The position numbers and the translations under genes are program-made. From Bugula neritina (taxonomy: Eukaryota; Animalia; Bryozoa), in the NCBI GenBank assembly GCA_964035545.1, contig OZ037766.1, forward strand, positions 24,792,126 through 24,856,125: 64,000 nucleotides of DNA, in the 5' to 3' direction. A model generated the notes under the pieces. The model was not told where the DNA came from. It searched no databases and saw nothing but the letters and a program-made list of their open reading frames with translations. Position 1 is the first letter of the stretch, and each line of letters begins with the position of its first letter. Positions 1 through 17,891 of this stretch are shown piece by piece.

Positions 1-82
1 AAACCATATTATTCAAGAACCTAAACTACATTTTGAGAGAAATTTATGATATTCTTAGTGAGGATGCCCTTGAATATCCTGT
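1..82. mobile_element. Right end of a MITE (same family as 2828-3583), abutting a gypsy integrase
   Basis: About 6-82 is nearly identical to about 3506-3582, including a diverged right TIR TGCCCTTGAATATCCTGT. Integrase codons follow immediately. Confidence 0.8.
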
Positions 83-84
83 TA

Positions 85-1506
85 ACCCCATATCACCCGC
101 AAGGGAACGGAGTCGTCGAAAGGAACAATAGAATGTTAGGAGATGCCCTCCGGAGCCTGCTCTTAGGCTGAGCACAGGAAGAATGGGACGTGGTGCTGCC
201 CCAGATAATGCGGGCCTACCGTAGCACACCACACTCCAGTACTCTGGAAACCCCAAACTTTCTGATGCTCGGTCGAGAGACCCGCATCCCGGAGCACCCA
301 ACATATCATGTTCCTGCGCCCGAGGCCCCCTTACATGAGTACGTGGGGAAGCTCATCGAGACGATGGAGCAGGCTCATGAAGCCCTGCACGAGCAGCAGT
401 GGCAGACGAGGACGGAAGACTCCGAGGAGCCCCCACTATACCAAGTAGGAGACTGGGTATGGATGATGAGCCACCGCAGGTGGCGCGGACAGTCGACTAA
501 ACTTCAGCCTAAGTTCGTGGGGCCCTACTGCATCATAGAGGTTCTACCTAACTACACATACTGTGTGGAACGCTCAGGGCAGGTCCCAGTCCAAAACGAG
601 CAGCGGTTGAAACCCTATGAGGGCAGCCCAGACGCTGCGGGGCAGGCACCTCCCCTACTCGAGCCGGCTCGCCAGCCCATCTCCAGAGGACGGGTGGCTC
701 GGCCCAGAGAGTGGGAAATTGCAATCCAAAACCCAGTGGAACCAGACCAGACACCAGAACCTCCTTCTCCACCTGGTCCACCAGTTACACCGGCCCCAGT
801 GCCGGCCCCGGTGCCAGGAGGTGCACCTCAGGCTGAAGGAAGTGACCCAGAGACCCCTGCCCCTATCACACCTCCACCCCAACCCGAGGCACCTGTGGAG
901 TTGGAGAGACAGTTCAGAAATAGGAGACCCCCAAGGTATCTAGCCGATTATCACGTGGGACCTGTGAATCTAGCTCCAATGGAACATAACTCGCCTAGCA
1001 CAGGCATAGACTTCTATCTCTGTGGGTCTAGATACCCTGCTCATGATACTGAAATTGAGTTCACGTACCAAAGATCGGCAGACACTGAGAGCGTGGAGTT
1101 ACCCCACCGAAATTCGTCGTGGAATATGACCGAACACGTGACCGTGAGGTCGGCACGTAGAAATTTTACAACACAAGGTTCGATCATTTCAACTCCAGTC
1201 TCAGTATCGCCCACACGTACAACTCTTGACTCAATTTCACACGAAATGGGAAACCCTTTACTAGATTTAGTTAATAACCAGGATGAAACAGGTATGTTAT
1301 TAGGATCAGATCCCCCGTTACCGGAGTACAATTCAAATAAAATTTTAAATTCAACTGTAAATACTACTCCTAATACTTCAATCAACCGGGTTGAAACCAC
1401 CCTAATTGAAGGGCTGTCGCCGATTCAATGGGACCTGGCAGCTCTTGATGATCTTTCTGATCAAGATTGGGCATTGTCAAGTCTCCTAGACTTGCCGGAG
1501 CCATGA
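85..1506 (+). pseudogene. pol: Gypsy pol C-terminus: integrase core end, GPY/F region, Pro-rich tail; in-frame TGA at 169-171
   Basis: Reads PYHPQGNGVVERNNRMLGDALRSLLLG*AQEEWDVVLPQIMRAYRSTPH, then KLQPKFVGPY and RNRRPPRYLADY. Closely resembles the integrase at 45230-46126. Confidence 0.85.
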
Positions 1507-1595
1507 GTAGTTAGGGTACCTAACAAGGAGGGACCGAAAATCGGTCACACTCAAATTGGCCAGTCACCGCCTGCGTGTACTTTTACAGCAGTGTC

Positions 1596-2558
1596 ATGGA
1601 TCTTGATGCAGAGGAGTTGAGTTTGCCCAACTCCCCCTTTACTTGTAACTCCGGCTCGGCTCCTGGCAGCCCGAAGGGTTCCCTCTCTCGAAGCCTGTCT
1701 GCCCCACTATTTTAGATGAGCCAGCAGAATCAATGGAAGTACAACTTCCTGCGGGGGAAGCACACGCGATTCTGAGTAGTGGGGCTGTCCGGATAGACGA
1801 CAGGCCAAGTCGGAGCAAGCTGGCACTACCAAAGGTGCTGACGGATCGCTAATACTGGATCACCCCGAAGACGAAGGTCCACATTGATGAGACCTGCGGG
1901 CAGCCAGGCAACCTCAAGTGCCGCCAATGCGGTAAACGCTTCGCTATACTACACGAACATGTTCTGTCCGTGTGGGGAATATTCCTTCTAGAGAGATTAT
2001 ATCTCTCGCCACCAGCGCATCACACGGTGCCACACGAGCAGAACCTTCATAGTAGATACCACGACGTTCCCGGAGTTCTGGGACCTGATAATGCCGCATG
2101 TGGGAAATCCCAGGAAGCGGGTAATTCTTGCCCGAGGATTTCCGGCCTGTCTGCCTATCCAGGTGCTCTCAGATGGAGAAGACCCCCCAGCGAGGGACCA
2201 GCCAGCAGCCACCCAGCTCCTTCGAGTCGTGCTGGACAGAGTGGACAGCAGAGAGCAAGAGATGACCACGCACAGGAGCAGGCCTCACTCAGCTACCAGA
2301 CCACGCACTACCCAGCCTCTCACCAGCCGCTCCTCTCCTCCACCATCACGCACCACTAGACCGCGCCACTCCAGCATCAGCTCCAGGCTCTCCACCACCA
2401 CTTCTTACTCCTCTAGCACTCACCACATCTCGCCCTCTCGCCGCCAACCCACTCACACCTGCCCTCATGAAGATGAGATCAGGAGGCTCAAGAGATGCCT
2501 TCGGAGATGCGAAGAGGACCTGCAAGCCCTACGCCGCCAGCTCAGGCGCGACAGATAA
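1596..2558 (+). pseudogene. Accessory ORF of gypsy element A: zinc-finger-like motifs plus C-terminal coiled coil, disrupted by frameshifts and stops
   Basis: ATG at 1596 follows acceptor-like TTTTACAG. Joined frames read LKCRQCGKRF, then FCPCGEYSF*RDYISRHQRITRCH, and end with EIRRLKRCLRRCEEDLQALRRQLRR. Confidence 0.6.
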
Positions 2559-2827
2559 GACTGTCACAATATATATTTTTTTATTAAAGTGTGCTAATGT
2601 GTTAATACAAATATGTGTGCGAATCCAATGTGTTATTACAAATATGTGTGCAAATAACAGTGTGCGTTGCAGTACCTAAATTTTTTTCTCTCTTATTATA
2701 CTACGTTTTTTTGTGCTAATAAACCCCTGCCAAAGTTAGTTATTTTATTTTCTACACCATTTATCAGCATTATACCAGTTTATTTTTTTTTCTCTGAAAC
2801 CGAAACTTCAACCAAGTTTTTTTTATA

Positions 2828-3583
2828 CACAGGATAGTTAAGGGCAACCTTTTAGCTGCAACTGCCTTGCTGAGGTTTGCATTGTAATCATATAAGAATT
2901 CAGTACCAGTAAAATAAAATCTCACCTAATTGTGCTAGAGTCAAAATTTAAAAACTATGTTGTAGATCTTGTTTTTCCCCAGTGCAAATTTTTTGGAAAT
3001 TTCAATTTTCATTTTTTTTGCAAAGTTATAGACAAAAAACTGCCCAATTTTGGCCAATTTTGCCAGAAAAGCTGACTTTTCAGTACCAGTAAAATATCTC
3101 AGCAGCAAAAGATGATATCTGAATAAAAATTGCACTGCTGGAATCCTGAGATATTTCTCCAGTGCAACTTTTTTTCATTTTCCAATAACTCTGCTAGATT
3201 GCCCATAAATTGGTGATTTATACACTGAAAATGCCATATTTTTTCATAAGAAACTAGCAGCGCGTAGTGCTTCACGCTTCAATGAGCACTTAGGGATGAG
3301 AAGATATTGGCGCGCACATGCTAATTATAGGCTTGCTAGCTGGCAGGCTATTATGAATAGCTCGTTTTGTACTTTGTTTATGTAGCACCCATAATGGAAT
3401 GTTGATAGATAACGCAGCCCTAATGAAGGTTGCTGCTCATCGGCTGTAGTTTAATCTTAGGCTAAACAAATGCAAGTAGGCAACACGCATGCCACCCGCA
3501 GAGCAATATTATTCAAGAACCTGAACTACATTTTGAGAGAAATTTATGATATTCTTAGTGAGGATGCCCTTAACTATCCTGTG
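2828..3583. mobile_element. Full-length non-autonomous TIR element (MITE), ~756 bp, in the 3' UTR of gypsy A
   Basis: Perfect 19-bp TIR: CACAGGATAGTTAAGGGCA (2828-2846) and TGCCCTTAACTATCCTGTG (3565-3583). Further copies at 1-82 and 42352-43089. Confidence 0.9.
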
Positions 3584-3726
3584 ATATGTATATTTTTTCG
3601 TAGTCCCAGTGGCCTTGCTTATATTTTATGTTAGTTCCCTTACCCCTCGGCCGTTACCCTACGTTATTATACTTATATTTACTCTCTGTTTTTTATCAGA
3701 AATCATGCGTTCTGATAGGGGGTGTG

Positions 3727-4224
3727 TGTAGTACATATTAACATTCCCCTTAGTCCTGTTTCCCTGTTTCCCTAGAGCCAAGTCCTGACTACCCATACTT
3801 AGACAATAGAGCTAATGTTTAACTTAAAGCAAATAGCTAATCCCCTTACAAGTACAATACACTTGGTTGAATTCATTTCCTTTATTTATGTAAACCGACA
3901 GTTGGACCGATTTCGGCAGGTGGATGCAGGCAGACCGAATGTCGGTTACCGATATTTCCAGTGTCGGTTACCGACATGACGAATATTGGCATCCTCTGCT
4001 GAACATCGGCCCGCTGTCGGTCGATGGTTCTAGAAGTCCTTTGTTCTACTAGTATAAAAGGACACGCATTTTAGAGCTTCAGTCACTTGCGGACTGGAGC
4101 TCACACTGGATACTTCTCACTGCTACAATAAAGTACTGCAAGCACACGGCAACCTCTCTCTCTTGTCTCTTCTATAACAAGGAGTTATGTTCTCTGCCTG
4201 ATTTTATTCTATAACCCACATTAC
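3727..4224 (+). repeat. 3' LTR of gypsy element A
   Basis: Starts TGTAGT after the PPT. Contains TATAAAAG (~4053) and AATAAA (~4127). Its 3' end (gagttatgttc...aacccaca) resembles the LTRs at 18310 and 51473. Right boundary is approximate. Confidence 0.65.
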
Positions 4225-4751
4225 GTTTCTTAGAGTTTTCTTCCTGGTGTCTGCTGCCTCATCAAATTCAAACTGACTGTATATAGGCACACTCTCTGGT
4301 CCCATCAACACAAGTAAATTCGCAATCTGCTCCACCTCCCTCATATCATCGTATTTCTTAGCTATTTTGAATATTTCAAACTGTCTTTTAAATAATTTCC
4401 AATCAGTTGAAAGAGTCTCACTTGAAAAATTAAGTCGCTTAACAAATTTTTCATCTCTAGTTGAAGAACTTTCTGCCATAGTTGCTTTGATTATTTTATT
4501 TTCAACACGTTAATTAACTCACGCAAACAATATTTTGCTACTATCGTTATAACTGCCAATCCCACTTCTGACACCATGTAGTAAGATGCTTTAATTACCT
4601 GGCAAGTTGATTTAGCCGATTTAATGCGTCTGTGCTATTTCAGTGTTGAACCCAATAATGTCGTTGTGTATAAGTTTTCTCATCATTTGCGTTAGCCAAT
4701 AGCGACATTCTATTACAGCTCCTGCAACAAACATCGGTAACTTACTCTACG
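4225..4751 (-). mobile_element. gag: 5' end of a second gypsy-type element (B): short LTR ~4577-4751, tRNA-Leu PBS, gag N-terminus 4225-4479 cut off by element A's LTR
   Basis: PBS TGGTGTCAGAAGTGGGAT on the minus strand at 4559-4576 matches the tRNA-Leu(CAA) 3' end. Gag-like peptide LNFSSETLSTDWKLFKRQFEIFKIA...QIANLLVLMG. Confidence 0.75.
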
Positions 4752-5147
4752 CTCAAAGCTATGTTTTATGTCCAGCTGGCTATGCACTCTGTCACATGTT
4801 GTCATTGAGTTACCTATACATAACCTTTTACACCTTTTGATTCTGTAGTCACTACTTCCAATCATTGAAACTTAAGCAATGCAATAGCATCATTTATTTC
4901 TGTAGATACTATTATATAGTATTTCTAAGACTAATGACTGTAAGATTTAGGCGTGTTGTTATTGAAGTTATGCCACCTTAGATTTAGGTATAGCTCTTTG
5001 AGAGCTGAAAACTGAATGCACATGTCTACTGCTGAAACTTATGATTTTTATAGTAGTGGAAGCGCCAACCCAAAAATTTTTTTAAAAATATATTTTGAAT
5101 ATTAAACCTATAAATGTGAATTAGAACTACTAAATTTATTGTCAAAT

Positions 5148-7000
5148 TGAAGTGAGCGCAAAAACTAACAATCTTTATCTTTTCACACAGCACACGAGCA
5201 AATAGAAAATCACACTTTCTATGAGACTGAATAAAACACACGAGATTGAATATAACATATAAAAGGCAACTCCCAAAACTGGTAACTAATACGTACGATA
5301 CTAAACACAACTAAACGTGAAATGTAAAAGGCAACTGCTAAAATCTACCACTATATATAGTAAAGCAAAATATATACGCATGATTTACACCTCCCAATGA
5401 TATCTATAATATTATTATAATATAATTATAAGAAGTCACATAAAAATCTGGTCAAGAGTATAAAATTCTGCCTACCATGCAGGAGGTCTCCTATCTCTTA
5501 TAGCTTTTGTGGCTCATCCTGGACTGCTTTTTCTTCAATGCCTCCAGAGAGACATTCACTGTCAACATCATCAACATTAACATTGTCATTGCGTGACTTA
5601 TCAAGAGTCACCTTAGCATATGGAGGCTCAACAACAGATTTAGTATGACACAGCCTCAAGTCACTAATATGTCTAACTACCGCACTTACCTATGCCGCAT
5701 TATTTGATAACAAACCAGTTACAGACCCTTCCTTCCAAGGTGTTGTGCATCGTACATTAGAGAGTTTAACATATACAGTGTTTCCTACTTTGTTGGGATT
5801 AGGATGTAGTGTCTTGTGCAGAACAGAATTGTCAGCAATATCAGGCAGAGTTAATCTGTCGCATATCCATAAACAGCATCGGCTGGTATGACCTCAGCCC
5901 TATTAGGGCTTTGATTGTACCAATACAGCATTTCATTATTGCTTCTATTTTCCGATGATTTTGTTCTATGATGCCATTTCCAGCAGCTGTGTGAGTACAA
6001 CTAAAATATGCACTACTCTCCATTTTTGTAGCAATATACTCTGTAGCCGTGCACTTGTATAGCATGGTCCGTTGTCTTACAATATCTCATTTGGTGCTCC
6101 ACGTTCACAGAATACCTTCTCCAGTTCTGTTGCAATAGTTTCAGCTGTCTCATTGCGTAACTTCCTTCATAGAGCATAACGACTTGGACCGCAGTCGATT
6201 ATGGTTAAATATGGTACGCCATTATAATTTGTGATATCACTAGCAAACCGCTTTCAGGTTCCAGTCACATGCAATGCTCCCTTCTCCCACATTACAAGAG
6301 ATGGGTCGATTTGCCTACAGATAAGACAGTCTGCTACCACATTTGAAATATATTTTTTGTAACAGACTCTCTCAACATACATTTTGCCAAATGAAATGAT
6401 TTGCTCTACCAAAGTGGTTAGTGTCATGCAGATCTCTTAACACTTGCAATGATGGAATATCCTTCACTGCAGAAGCTACGCAAGATGTCTGTGTAAGCCA
6501 GTGTTTTGGCACACTCGTTAATTTATCTGCTATAAGGTTGTTTTAAGATTTCACTAGGTGCATGTCAATCTTCAATTTGTATGTCTTTATCAACTCTGTT
6601 ATCATGCTCAAGTCCTACGTATTAACATTTCAAGAAGTTTGCTAACCTTTGGTCTCTTATTATCTTAATTTATCACCGATTGTACCCACTCTACACAGTA
6701 GCAGAATCTTTGTACACTGACAGGGTAGCCATATTCCACTTTACAGCCATATTTATGTCTTTGATGACAGTCTCTAACTCAGCAACATTAATATGGTGTG
6801 CATCTTCTTTTGGCAACCAGCTGGCATCTTCAATTATGGAGTTATCCACTTCCACTGCAATTCCTAGGGCTATGCTACTGGCATCACACCATACTTTGCA
6901 TGATTCTAGTTTTCTGACTAACCACTGTCCAATAACTGGGTCATTGTAATTAACATCTTTCATAATATCAGAAAACATTTTGGTCACATTGTCTGGTATG
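5148..7000 (-). mobile_element. pol: Degenerate LTR retrotransposon (element C): RNase H and integrase remnants, PPT, probable 3' LTR ~5148-5389
   Basis: RNase H motif VWCDASSIALG...HINVAELE...DSATV at 6691-6987. Integrase fragments (YLTIIDCGPSRY, ERGAPNEI, GNGIIEQNHR) at about 5900-6350. PPT-like TTGGGAGG at 5390-5397 is followed by TGTAA. Confidence 0.75.
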
Positions 7001-7492
7001 AGCTGGCTTGCTATGTTATGCTTGCTGTGAGAATACCCTAGTAACTAGTTTATAGAATTTTGCATGACATCAAACATAACGCAGATCAAAAGACACCTAT
7101 ATAAGTGGTAGAAGCAAATTTCAAAGCACCGATACACATAAGAGTTGGAGTCGGGCACAGGCTGTTAAGTTACTTTATAATCTTAAGGCTATTATATCTG
7201 TACTCTGTCACATGACATTATATGAAGTTCACTACATACATGTAACTCTTCACATTTATTAGCTTTGCAGTAATCAATTTGAAATTGCATGGCTTCAAAT
7301 TATAAGGAACGGAATGCTGCATATTAGCATTTATTAAAAAAGATAATCACTGCAGCCGATAGCAAAGCTATTGATTTACAACAGTATGCCATTACTTTTA
7401 CTTTATTGGAAGTATTTTAAAAACTAAAATAAATGCTAGAAAAGTCGTTCTTCTGAAGCAGCAACATTATGTTTGATATAGGTACTTTTGCG

Positions 7493-7814
<322 letters not shown>

Positions 7815-8084
7815 AGTGCCTTGTGACAACATCACAAATATCAGCGCTATTGCTCTTATACACTTAACTGGAAACATGCTGCATTATAACTATGAATAAG
7901 ACAGAATAGAAAACATAGTTTTTTCACATGAAATAAATCTATAGGAATATTTTGTAAATGTACACTACAAATAGCTTTAGCTGACTACAGTGCACTATTA
8001 GTTTATAAGTTGACCCAACAAACTAGCTTTATATGCCACCCTCACTGGTAACTGCTTCATAGAACGTAGGCTTCTGCTATCTCA

Positions 8085-9450
8085 TTACTTTCATTCTTGA
8101 CAATTTTTTCAGAGAAAGTGTGATTCAAATTAGAATTGTCAACTATATGTATTTTTTTAAAATTATATTATCTATACTTCAAATGGTTTTTATCAGGGGA
8201 GCATTCACATCAAACTACACAGTTTTGGCAAAATTAAATTACAATTTAATCATATTGATATAAAAATTTAATCATGTGGCATTCCAAAAATTTTTACAGC
8301 AAAAGACATTATTTGATAATGACAAGTTGGGTGTAACTTAAATAAATTTGCCAAGCAACTTGAGAAGTTATCAATTTCGCTATTTTTATAACTATTTTTA
8401 TAACTATTTTTCCCTCATTATCTATCTAGGCTATCAGTAGGTTCCTTGTTCTTTGCCTTGAATTTTACAGTATCTGTATAGTAGCCTATGTTTTAGAGAG
8501 AGAGAGATGTGGGGGATGTATTTTTACAGAGAAGCAAGCCTAACTCATCATCAGTTATATAACCAGTCAATTCTTTAAAAGAATTTTCTTTGGATCTTTC
8601 TAATATCCTTAGCTTTACATCATCTATATAAAATCATTCACATATTGCGCATATCTTCAATAGAATGTTATGACTAATAGTGATAATCACAGCTGTTATT
8701 TTACCTCTCAGTGATTAGCAGAAATCTATTTCATCTATAATAATAAAATATAGTTGAGCAGTATATGCATTTTGTAACTGTAAGCATCACAGAATTAGAA
8801 AGCGTTTGAAATACAGTATAGATATATTAAATATAATAGCCGCCTAGCTATACATTGACTCTGCTATATCTATTTTCATTCGACTCTCTGATGTTTGCAT
8901 GCATTTGTAAAACTTTAGTTTCTATCAGCTCTTTATATTTATTATTGTCAAATTTCTCAGAGATGTTTGATCAGTTAAGCTGTCAACATATATATGTGTG
9001 TTTTTAAATATAGTTATCTAACATATAAAAAATTATCTGTGTCACGTTCAAATCAAACTATAAAAGGCACTATTTTGGCAAAATTAAATTATAACTCTAT
9101 AGCCGAGCCTTTTAAGTTGATCAAAAACAGTTTAATCACATAGCTCAAAACATTTTCCACTGCAAAGTAAATTATTAAATTATGCCAAGTCTTGTGTAAC
9201 TCAAATATATTTTCCACTTAAATGATAAGGCATTTATTAATTTTTCATATAAATTTAAAATATTTTTTGCTCGTTGGCTGCACCCAGACTAGCAGTTAGT
9301 TCCTTGTTATTTGAATTGGATATCGCAGTGTTTGTATTCTTTGCAAAATTATCTATATGCAGCTATAGCTTGTCAATTCCTTAACAAGGCTCTTTTAATC
9401 TTTCTAATACGTATTTTTTCATCCCATTTATCTATAACGAATCTTCATAA
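8085..9450. repeat. Two tandem copies of a ~550-bp upstream module. Also at ~24995-25575, ~34985-35530, ~35780-36230 and ~55015-55780.
   Basis: Shared motifs in the same order: TGTCAAC, ATCAAACTA, TTTTGGCAAAATTAAAT, ATAATG(A/C)CAAG, GGCTATCAGTTAGTTCCTTGTT, GTCAATTC. Confidence 0.75.
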
Positions 9451-11083
9451 ACTAGAAATATACATACACGTAGTTAAAAAATAATTTATACATAAGATAA
9501 CTGTAACATAATAATAAGTAGTATTACATAATATAAATAATAATACTGATTACGGCAGCTATACTAAAGTAGTTCTTATGTGATCATGCAGTACCTACTC
9601 AACACACTAATAGTTGACTTTATTGGATAAAACTGAAGTACTTAAGTTAGAATGAAACACTATATACCAAGAGAATTCTTCAACATGACAAGACAGTTTT
9701 ACTGCAGATAGGAACAAATGCATTCAAGAATTAAAACTGCTTCTACTGCTCCTAATGGTTTTTATTAAAATTTTATTAAAAGTAATATGTAGATTTCAAT
9801 TAATTCACCAGTTTTCTCTTGAAACTTGTGAATTGAGTTTTCCCCATGCTCTCTGGGATGGAGGAAACCCAATTTCAATGCTTACTTATAACAAACAAAA
9901 GAGCACATACACGTATAATGATATATTGTTAGCAATTACTGACTTCTATTTGTAATCATATGGCCATATTTTGGCTTTTTAGTTGACTGACCCTGTTTTA
10001 TATCTTTGTTCAACCTAAATAACTAATTAACATAGAACTAAGCAAGTTTTAATACCAGACATCATATGTGTGCCTAACCCTAAATGCTTAGCTGTGATGA
10101 TGGAGCTTTACATACCAATTTTTATTTAATTTTGTTTTGATGGGTTTTAACAGGTTTACTTAATGTGTAGTGTTCTTTGTCAGTTAGATGTTGTTGGAAA
10201 CTTGTAATATTTTCTAATGTTTTTTATTATTGAAAACTTTAGTAATTAAAGTCCGAATTCGTTGTTTATATTCTAATATTTTGGTGAGAGCTGACGGAAG
10301 TGATATAATGTGAGAATTGAAGGTCTCTAAAACGTGGAAGGTAATTATATACATACAACAATAATATATTCGGTGTTGCTCTGTATATAAGACGTGAGAC
10401 ATGACCTTAGCAAGAAGGGTTAGAACTTAGAACCTGCTCTAGGTGTGAATGCTATAAGATACTAAATAAATCTGGAGGAACATGAGAACAACATGCAGAT
10501 CTATAAGAGGCCATTGGCATAAATATAGGAAGCTGATTAAACAATTGAAGGCTACTATAGAGAGTACCAAAGAATCAAGAGGAAGACATCAAGAGAGTAT
10601 ATATGAGATGCAAATAGGAAATAGATAACTTGGGTTTAAACCAAAAATTAAGACACTCGGCATATATAAATATATATATATGACCCGATTGTAATTTTTG
10701 AGAACATTCAGTTGCTACTGGTACAAGGAAATGTGAAAGATGAGAAACAGTCGAGAATTTAGTGCGAGTAGTCCTTGCATTCATTAAAATTCAATTGGCC
10801 TTTTACCAGCTACTCAATGAAAAATAGAAAATTACTCTTGGTAAGGTTATACAAATGCTGCACATCAAATTCTTATCTAACTAAAAATTTACTGAATAGA
10901 TTTTTTTTGTCTTTTGGTTTAATACAAACAATCAAATGCAGTAACGCCTATATGCTGTATGATAATTCAAGATTATATAGGGGTTTTATTTATTAGTCAG
11001 CATTGACACCAATTTTCTCATTAATTTTTATCTTGTCATTGCATTTTAAATATATTATAGAGATTATAATGGGAAACTGATGG

Positions 11084-11093
11084 TATATATAAA
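11084..11093 (+). promoter_or_regulatory. TATA box of array gene copy 1
   Basis: TATATATAAAG lies ~85 bp before the ATG. The same motif sits at the equivalent place in copy 3 (37426-37433) and copy 4 (57429-57438). Confidence 0.65.
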
Positions 11094-11169
11094 GAAATTT
11101 TTTTTAGCTGTTTGTTATTTTCAGCTTAAACGAGCAACAACAGCATAATAGTATTGATAAAGAAGCAGC

Positions 11170-16511
<5,342 letters not shown>

Positions 16512-16756
16512 TTAACAGGCCAACATAACTTGTGTTTAATCTATTGAATAAGTAATTAAAAATCAACATTTGAAAAAGCTTCATTTTTTAAGCACACACC
16601 TTTGCAAATTTATTTTAAATATATATTCACTTTATTATATATTTGCATCTTTTAACAGTGTCTTTTTAAATCAGTATGTAAAAGTCTTTGTCTTATACGC
16701 GGTAGTTTTTGTTACTTTCTATAATTAACTATCTGCTCGATCACAATTACTTATAT

Positions 16757-16970
16757 AGAGCAACTGGTCTTCAGCTTGTTCAACCAATAAGGGACTTATA
16801 GGCATTCTAGTTGTATATGGCAGCTGCCTATATCAGCCAATTTCATTGACAACAGCATGAAAGTCTTGTTTTGGATTATGTTTGCCTTCGAGCATTTTCA
16901 TTGGCTGAATAAAGTCTGAAAGATTAAATGACTGCATCAATTCAATGCATGAAATGCTCATCATTACTAG
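16757..16970 (+). promoter_or_regulatory. Conserved downstream element (probable 3' UTR with polyadenylation signal AATAAA 16908-16913)
   Basis: The block AGAGCAA(C/T)TGGTCTT..AGCTTGTTCAACCAATAAG...GGCTGAATAAA...ATGACTGCA recurs after every copy (~30198, ~43714, ~53228, ~62293). Confidence 0.55.
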
Positions 16971-17891
16971 TTATATAGCAACTACATGTTATAGTAAACT
17001 GATACTTATTTTATGTTTTGGTTTAACATATGTGCCACCATATGCTTTGCATATATATCTTTCATTAGTATAGCTATAAATATATCACTTTGCATCTTAT
17101 TACTAAAATACAGCTGTTCGATTGTAACGTCTACCCCAGTTTATTGATAACAGGTTGCACTGATGGAGTTTTGCTGATGTTTATTTAACTAACTGGAAAC
17201 CAACGTGAAACTGCAATAATACAATAATACGATTTAACAATAAAGACATTATTGAAAGAAAAATGAAACATACAAGAAATACATAATTGTTGCAAAGCAA
17301 TGTTTAACATACCTCTATTACCCTTCCTGGGGAGAGTTAGAATTAAGTATATAAAATTGTGATGGTGAAAGTATAATCAAATAAAGAATGACTAGTTAGA
17401 ACTCAACAGTCAGTAGAGAAATGAAGGCATAAAACACCTTAGCTATTATAACTTTGCTACAAGCTATAAAAGCTGACAGCTATTCTGTTAGCAAAATCAT
17501 TGTATTGTAATAATGAAAACAAAGCTATTTGTGGTTTAAGAAAAAGCTGTGGCTATGTGAGTAACAAAGTGAATATAAGGGTGAATGGTATGCAGTAGTG
17601 AGTACTATAATAAAAAAATGATCAAAACGCTACATCGATAGTTGAAGATATAATTGTTTCTTTACTCTCAGATATTAAATAAGAGACACAATAAAAGCAC
17701 ACTGGGGCAACTGTGGAAGCAACAACAGCTGTAAACAATTTTTAGCTTATATTTAAACATAAACAATAAAATTGAATCTTGCTTTTAGAAATTTATCGTT
17801 TGAGTATAAAATTATCTTGTGACAATAATGAAGTTTCAGAATCACATATGCTTATAACTACCGTTGCCTATACATAGCATGTAGTGTTGCA

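Larger units (their letters stand above)
84..4224 (+). mobile_element. Ty3/gypsy LTR retrotransposon, 3' half (element A): integrase, extra ORF, PPT, 3' LTR
   Basis: Integrase motif TPYHPQGNGVVER starts at 85. GPY-type motif KFVGPY is present. Purine tract GATAGGGGG near 3714-3722 precedes a TG-starting LTR. Confidence 0.85.

Noticed and set aside
1970-2359. Overlapping alternative-frame and antisense ORFs inside gypsy elements (also at 46-49 kb and 52-53 kb)
   Set aside because: Expected by-products of GC-rich retroelement coding sequence, with no recognisable motifs.
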